The notes beneath the pieces are model-generated. The model ran no database searches, was not told where the DNA came from, and saw only the letters and a program-made list of their open reading frames with translations. 64,000 nucleotides of DNA from an uncultured Candidatus Saccharibacteria bacterium (lineage in GTDB: Bacteria > Patescibacteriota > Minisyncoccia > Phycocordibacterales > JBBTRF01): NCBI GenBank assembly GCA_964602975.1, contig CAZRTH010000002.1:7668-71667 (forward strand), in the 5' to 3' direction. Both the position numbers and the translations under genes were made by a program. Positions 59,032 through 64,000 of this stretch are shown piece after piece. Numbering within the stretch: the stretch's first letter is position 1; each line of letters starts with the position of its first letter.

Positions 59032-59958
59032 ATGGACGCTCAGGATCAAAAGGCCCAAAAATCTAAAGCCGAGGCACGTATCGCCGAGATCGAAGCGGCG
59101 ATGCTCGAGGCCGATTTTTGGGCTGACAAAACAAAAGCTCAAGCGCTAATGAAGGAGCTCGGCGAACTGAAAGAGGAGCTAAAAAGCGGTGGTCCTGGGG
59201 GCAAATCCAACCAAGGCAATGCGATCATCACTATTTTCTCTGGGGCCGGTGGAGACGATGCCGAAGATTTTTCCGCCATGCTCTTCCGAATGTATCGAAA
59301 GTATGTTGAAGCGAACGGTTGGTCGCTAAGCGTGCTCGATGACAACGAAAACAGTCATGGTGGCTACCGAAACATCACTTTTGAGATAACAGGCAAGCCG
59401 ATCGCTGGCAGTGGTCCGTATGGGATGCTTAAAAATGAGTCGGGAGTGCATCGTTTGGTGCGATTATCACCGTTCAATTCGAAGCAGTTGCGGCAAACCT
59501 CTTTTTCAATGGTGGAGGCAGTGCCGAAATTTGAGAAGTCCGCCGGCGCGGGTGTCGATATTCCGGAGAGCGACTTGGAGATCACCACCGCCCGGGCCGG
59601 AGGCCCGGGCGGGCAGAATGTGAACCGCCGTGAAACGGCGGTTCGTATCGTCCACAAGCCGACAGGACTCTCGGTCAATGTATCGAGCGAACGTTCGCAG
59701 CACCAAAATCGCGAAAAAGGATTGGAAATTCTCAAAGGAAAACTATACAAGCGCACGGAGGAAGAGCGCAAAGCAAAGGAGCGTGGAATGGCGATCTCCA
59801 AGACCACCAGCATCGAATGGGGGAATCAGATCCGCTCATATGTGTTGCATCCGTACAAAATGGTGAAGGATCATCGTACCGATATCGAGTCGAGCAACCC
59901 CGATGCGGTGCTCGAAGGCGGTCTGGAAAAATTCATCGAAGCGGAGCGTTTGTTGTAG
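59032..59958 (+). CDS. prfB: peptide chain release factor 2 (short form, no programmed frameshift evident)
   Basis: 'SPF' tripeptide ('[12 protein letters not shown]'), 'GGQ' motif ('[22 protein letters not shown]'), C-terminal '[12 protein letters not shown]'; N-terminal domain ~55 aa shorter than E. coli RF2. Confidence 0.8.
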   Translation: MDAQDQKAQKSKAEARIAEIEAAMLEADFWADKTKAQALMKELGELKEELKSGGPGGKSNQGNAIITIFSGAGGDDAEDFSAMLFRMYRKYVEANGWSLSVLDDNENSHGGYRNITFEITGKPIAGSGPYGMLKNESGVHRLVRLSPFNSKQLRQTSFSMVEAVPKFEKSAGAGVDIPESDLEITTARAGGPGGQNVNRRETAVRIVHKPTGLSVNVSSERSQHQNREKGLEILKGKLYKRTEEERKAKERGMAISKTTSIEWGNQIRSYVLHPYKMVKDHRTDIESSNPDAVLEGGLEKFIEAERLL

Positions 59959-59999
59959 AGTTGTCGTAAGCGATTTGAAAAATGATACAATAGGGGGAC

Positions 60000-60680
60000 A
60001 TGATCCATTTCGATAAGGTGTCAAAGAGATATGCTGACCAGACTAATGCTCTTGCCGAGGTCTCTTTCTCGATCCAGCCAAAAGAGTTTGTTTCTATCGT
60101 CGGTCATTCCGGAGCGGGCAAAACCACCTTGCTCAAGATGATCCTTGCCGAAGAGCGCCCTACGGAAGGGAGAGTCTTTTATGAATCAGTCGATATCCAT
60201 CGGCTAAACCGCAAACAACTCACCAAGTTCCGTCAAAAGATCGGCGCCGTCTTCCAGGACTTCCGTCTTTTGCCGCAGAAGACCGCTTACGAGAATATCG
60301 CTTTTGCCATGGAGGTGGCGGGGCGGACCGATCACGAGATTGCCGCAGATGTGCCACATGTGCTCGACCTTGTCGACCTTTCCGACAAAATGCACAACTT
60401 TCCTCACGAGCTCTCTGGCGGCGAAAAGCAGCGGGTGGCGATTGCCCGAGCGATCGTGAACAATCCGGACATCATCATCGCCGACGAACCGACCGGAAAC
60501 CTCGACCCTATCAACACCTATGAGATCGTCCAGATCCTGAAAAAGATCAACGATTTGGGTACCACGGTCATTTTGACCACTCACAACAAGGGCGTGGTCG
60601 ACTCGGTCGGCAAGCGCGTCATTACTATGGAGAAGGGTAAGGTAGTGCGAGATGACAAATCGGGAAAGTATATTTTGTAA
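60000..60680 (+). CDS. ftsE: cell division ATP-binding protein FtsE
   Basis: '[11 protein letters not shown]', Walker A '[14 protein letters not shown]', ABC signature '[14 protein letters not shown]', Walker B '[12 protein letters not shown]'. Confidence 0.9.
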   Translation: MIHFDKVSKRYADQTNALAEVSFSIQPKEFVSIVGHSGAGKTTLLKMILAEERPTEGRVFYESVDIHRLNRKQLTKFRQKIGAVFQDFRLLPQKTAYENIAFAMEVAGRTDHEIAADVPHVLDLVDLSDKMHNFPHELSGGEKQRVAIARAIVNNPDIIIADEPTGNLDPINTYEIVQILKKINDLGTTVILTTHNKGVVDSVGKRVITMEKGKVVRDDKSGKYIL

Positions 60681-60692
60681 TATAATACAGCC

Positions 60693-61616
60693 ATGCTTTG
60701 GACGAATATAAAACGAGTGGTAAAGGCGGGATCGATCTATTTTTGGCGCAATGCCTTCGTGTCGCTTTCTTCGGTGTTGGTGATGGTGATCACCCTCTCT
60801 TTCCTGACTGGTCTTATCTTCGGCAACGCGGCCTTGCAGGCGACCCTCGCTTCACTCAAAGAAAAGGTAGACATGAACGTGTATTTCGTGCCTACTGCCG
60901 ACCCTGAAGATATTTTGGCTCTGAAGAAGATACTGGAGCAGCGGCCGGAAGTGGTGTCGGTCACCTATACCTCCCGCGAAGATGCTCTTGAGGCGTTGAA
61001 AGCGCGCCATCCGGACGACGGTACCGTCGCGGCGATCAATGAACTTGGCGACAATCCTCTAGGTGCCGTGCTGAATATCCAGACCAAAGATCCTTCGCAT
61101 TACGAAGCTTTGGCCCGCTTTCTGAATACCGACAATGCCGTATCGCCGAACGGCACCTCGATCGTTCGTAAGGTGAATTTCTATGACCACGAGACCGCGA
61201 TCAACGCGCTCTCTCGTGTCATCTCTGCTACCAATCGCCTCGGGCTCATTTTGTCGATCGTCTTCGTGCTCATTTCTCTGATCATCGCTTTCAATACGAT
61301 CCGCCTCACTATCTACAATTCCCGCGAGGAGATTTCGGTGATGAAATTGGTGGGCGCGACCAACAAATATGTCCGCGGGCCGTTCATGGTGAGCGGCGTG
61401 ATGTGTGGCGTAGTGGCAGCAGTATTCACTCTGGCGATCTTTTTCTTCTTGGTGTACTACACACGTAATTTCTCCGAGAACTTTTTCATCGGCATTGATT
61501 TCCTCGCGTATTATGTTGACAACTTTGCTCAAATCTTTGGCATTGTGGTGGGATCCGCTGTGCTCATCGGCGCAGTTTCCAGCTTTCTTGCGGTGCGCAG
61601 GTACCTCAAGGTATGA
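60693..61616 (+). CDS. ftsX: cell division permease FtsX
   Basis: Immediately after ftsE; N-terminal TM, large periplasmic loop, three C-terminal TM helices; 'REEISVMKLVGAT' FtsX box. Confidence 0.8.
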   Translation: MLWTNIKRVVKAGSIYFWRNAFVSLSSVLVMVITLSFLTGLIFGNAALQATLASLKEKVDMNVYFVPTADPEDILALKKILEQRPEVVSVTYTSREDALEALKARHPDDGTVAAINELGDNPLGAVLNIQTKDPSHYEALARFLNTDNAVSPNGTSIVRKVNFYDHETAINALSRVISATNRLGLILSIVFVLISLIIAFNTIRLTIYNSREEISVMKLVGATNKYVRGPFMVSGVMCGVVAAVFTLAIFFFLVYYTRNFSENFFIGIDFLAYYVDNFAQIFGIVVGSAVLIGAVSSFLAVRRYLKV

Positions 61617-61639
61617 TGAAGGAACGATAAAGAAAACAT

Positions 61640-63403
61640 ATGGACACCCCGAACGCTCAGAAACATCCAAAACGAAAGAATCCAAAGTATGTGTTCGTCA
61701 TCGGCGGCGTGATGTCAGGCGTCGGCAAGGGCATCGCCTCCTCATCTATCGGAACCCTTCTTCAAGCGAAGGGTTTTTCCGTCAATTTGATGAAGGTGGA
61801 CCCGTATCTCAACGTGGATGCCGGCACGATGAATCCGACCGAGCATGGGGAAGTGTTCGTTCTTGATAGCGGTCTTGAGACCGATCAGGACATGGGCAAC
61901 TACGAACGTTTTTTGAATCGCAGCATGACGCATGACGACTACCTCACGAGCGGCATGATCTACAAGCACGTCATCGACAAGGAGCGTAATCTTGGCTATC
62001 GCGGCCGCTGCGTGGAAGCGATCCCGGATATTCGCGATGAGATTGTTCACCGATTTCGCCGTGCGGCTGAGAAGAGCGGGGCAGAGGTGTCGGTTGTCGA
62101 GATCGGCGGTACTGTCGGCGACTACCAGAACATCATGTTCATCGAAGCGGCCCGCGTTTTGAAGATCAAGCATCCGGAAGACGTGGCTTTCGTGATGGTG
62201 AGCTACCTGCCGATCCCGGGCAAGCTTGGGGAGATGAAGTCGCGTCCGACACAGAATGCGATCCGTCAGCTCCAGTCGTACGGCGTGCAAACCGACATCA
62301 TCATCGGTCGCAGCGAAGTGCCGATCGACAAAAAGCGAAAGGAGAAGATCGCGATCTCTTGCAATGTGCCGGCGGAAAATGTCATCTCCGCTCCGGACAT
62401 TGAAAGCATCTACGATGTGCCGCTCAACTTCGAGCGCGACAAGCTCAGTAAAGTATTGCTCAAGGTCTTGCACGCTCGGCCGAAGGTGAAGGAGGACGGT
62501 CTCGGCAAGTGGCGAGCATTCGTGCATAGCATTAAGACTGCCAACGAGGAGGCGAAAGGCGGTGCGGGCGGGAAGCCTGGCGCGAACGTCGTGAACATCG
62601 CTATCGTCGGAAAATATTTCAATACAGGTGATTTCGTTCTCACCGACTCATATGTGTCGGTGCTCGAGGCGATCAAATATTCAGCATACAAACTCGGCTT
62701 GAAGCCTGTGATCCACACGGTGAACGCGCTGGATTTTGAAAAGAAAAAGCCCAACTTCAAAGTGTTGCAGAAGTTTGACGGTATCTTGGTGCCCGGCGGC
62801 TTTGGTGAGACGGGTATCGAGGGCAAGCTCGCGGTGATCCGTTATGCCCGAGAGCATCAGATTCCATACTTCGGTCTCTGCTACGGCATGCAGCTTCTGG
62901 TGATTGAGTACGCTCGCAATGTGATGGGTTGGAAGGATGCCAACACTGCCGAGATCGATCCTGCTGCCTCAAAGGTGGTGATCGACATCATGCCCGATCA
63001 GAAGAAGAAACTCGCGGAGGGCCAGTATGGCGCTTCGATGCGTCTCGGTGCCTATGAAGCGCACCTGAAGAAAGGGACGATCGCTCGCGAGGCGTATGGT
63101 ACTGATATTGTTTCCGAACGACATCGACATCGATATGAGGTGAACCCGGTGCATATTCCGGATCTGGTGACGGGAGTCATTGGGCAGGGCAAGGGCGAGG
63201 GTTCACATGTCGGTCTCGTGTTTTCCGGCACTTCACCTGACGGCAGCTTGATGGAGATCGCTGAATTGCCTCGCGAAACGCACCCATTCTTTCTTGGCGC
63301 ACAATTTCATCCTGAGTTTCTCGCGCGACCGCTTTCACCGCACCCATTGTTCACCGAATTTTTGAAGGCAGCTGGAGGCGCGGAGAAGAGGAAGGGGAAG
63401 TAA
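61640..63403 (+). CDS. pyrG: CTP synthase
   Basis: 'KYVFVIGGVMSGVGKGIASSSIG' N-terminal synthetase P-loop-like, glutaminase triad region 'GLCYGMQL' (Cys), 'HRHRYEVN' (His). Confidence 0.9.
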   Translation: MDTPNAQKHPKRKNPKYVFVIGGVMSGVGKGIASSSIGTLLQAKGFSVNLMKVDPYLNVDAGTMNPTEHGEVFVLDSGLETDQDMGNYERFLNRSMTHDDYLTSGMIYKHVIDKERNLGYRGRCVEAIPDIRDEIVHRFRRAAEKSGAEVSVVEIGGTVGDYQNIMFIEAARVLKIKHPEDVAFVMVSYLPIPGKLGEMKSRPTQNAIRQLQSYGVQTDIIIGRSEVPIDKKRKEKIAISCNVPAENVISAPDIESIYDVPLNFERDKLSKVLLKVLHARPKVKEDGLGKWRAFVHSIKTANEEAKGGAGGKPGANVVNIAIVGKYFNTGDFVLTDSYVSVLEAIKYSAYKLGLKPVIHTVNALDFEKKKPNFKVLQKFDGILVPGGFGETGIEGKLAVIRYAREHQIPYFGLCYGMQLLVIEYARNVMGWKDANTAEIDPAASKVVIDIMPDQKKKLAEGQYGASMRLGAYEAHLKKGTIAREAYGTDIVSERHRHRYEVNPVHIPDLVTGVIGQGKGEGSHVGLVFSGTSPDGSLMEIAELPRETHPFFLGAQFHPEFLARPLSPHPLFTEFLKAAGGAEKRKGK

Positions 63404-63440
63404 TGAGGGAAGTGGCAGGGTGTCCGCCGATGTTTTCACC

Positions 63441-63495
63441 TACCCGCGGATTTTTCATACGAAAGTATGAAGAAAGTATGAAAAATCCGCGGGTA
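63441..63495. repeat. REP-like palindromic element, copy 2
   Basis: 'TACCCGCGGATTTTTCATA-cgaaagtatgaagaaag-TATGAAAAATCCGCGGGTA'; differs from copy 1 by a G->T change in the 5' arm matched by C->A in the 3' arm. Confidence 0.6.
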
Positions 63496-63590
63496 CTCAA
63501 AAGCACTCGGCACCTGCTCCTCCCGCCACATTCGCTTTACATGTAGCGCATGGATGTGATAAGACTACTGGAGAAAGGAGGAAGTTGTCA

Positions 63591-64000
63591 TATGGGTAAA
63601 AAACGTCCCACATATCACGTCCACGGTCTTCGACTGTCCAAGTTGCTCACTGAATACAAAGGCTCAAGAGAGGAACTCGATCTCATTGCGAAGGAATACT
63701 TTCCGATGGTTCACAACATAGCTCACGACCTGTGCGGGCAATGGCAAGCCGCGCTCGGCGGTACAGCCGATGAGGGTGACCTGTTTTCAGTAGGCTGTAT
63801 TGCTCTCTATGAGTCGCTTCTTCTGCACTCCGGAGAAAGAGGGGTGTTACAGTCGTGGATCGCCAAACGTGTCAGGTGTGCCATGATCGACGAATGCCGC
63901 CGGACGGATCCTTTGCCTAGATCTATGAGAAGTAAGCTCGGTAAATCCGGCGAGGCACCACCCGTCGTTCCGAGTCACTCAAATCCCGCGATCAAGACCA
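63591..64000 (+). CDS. sigma-70 family sigma factor (3' partial, runs off window)
   Basis: 'DLFSVGCIALYESL...WIAKRVRCAMIDECRR' resembles sigma-70 region 2.1-2.4 (cf. FliA 'DLIQEGNIGLM...WIRQAI'); ATG at 63591 preceded by AGGAGG. Confidence 0.4.

Noticed and set aside
58698-59066. Upstream ORF as prfB frameshift exon
   Set aside because: It is in the -1 frame overlapping the prfB start, but its sequence is not RF2-like and there is no CUU-UGA-C slippery site. prfB aligns from its own ATG.

Overview
This 64-kb window is a bacterial chromosomal segment: short genes, few long intergenic gaps and frequent 4-bp start/stop overlaps. The gene content is compatible with a small-genome, Patescibacteria/CPR-like organism, but that is inferred from content only. 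I found no rRNA, CRISPR array, integrase or transposase.

Housekeeping genes I can support from conserved motifs:
- ndk
- infC-rpmI-rplT
- a PBP5-type D-Ala-D-Ala carboxypeptidase
- smpB next to a tmRNA (ssrA)
- ftsH
- recG
- ung
- an ECF-type sigma factor
- ligA
- gatC and gatA
- prfB
- ftsE and ftsX
- pyrG

A near-complete type IV pilus locus spans about 35.9-48.6 kb:
- comF
- pilM, pilN-like, pilO-like
- pilB, a CheY-like receiver, pilT, pilC
- three tandem major pilins
- pilD
- four minor pilins

RNA genes:
- tRNA-Ile(UAU)
- tRNA-Ser(GCU)
- tRNA-Met/Ile2(CAU)
- tRNA-Asp(GUC)
- tRNA-Thr(CGU)
- a tRNA-Thr(GGU) that appears to be split by a ~197-nt group I intron

The most unusual region is a co-directional seven-gene block at 10.86-21.14 kb with tightly spaced or overlapping junctions. 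In order it encodes:
- a protein with no recognisable domain
- a MoxR/AAA_5-type ATPase
- a transglutaminase-like cysteine-protease domain fused to a vWA (MIDAS) domain
- a candidate E2/UBC-like protein
- a JAB/MPN (JAMM) metallopeptidase
- a ThiF/MoeB-type E1
- a 91-aa ThiS/MoaD-like ubiquitin-like protein ending in Gly

This is a complete prokaryotic ubiquitin-like conjugation/deconjugation set physically joined to a MoxR-vWA module plus a transglutaminase domain. I do not recognise this combination as a characterised system; it is the best candidate for a novel (possibly defence or regulated protein-modification) system in the window.

Other notable items:
- a 55-bp palindromic REP-like element present twice, with compensatory stem substitutions
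- a tRNA-flanked mosaic around 54.1-56.1 kb
- several unexplained noncoding stretches
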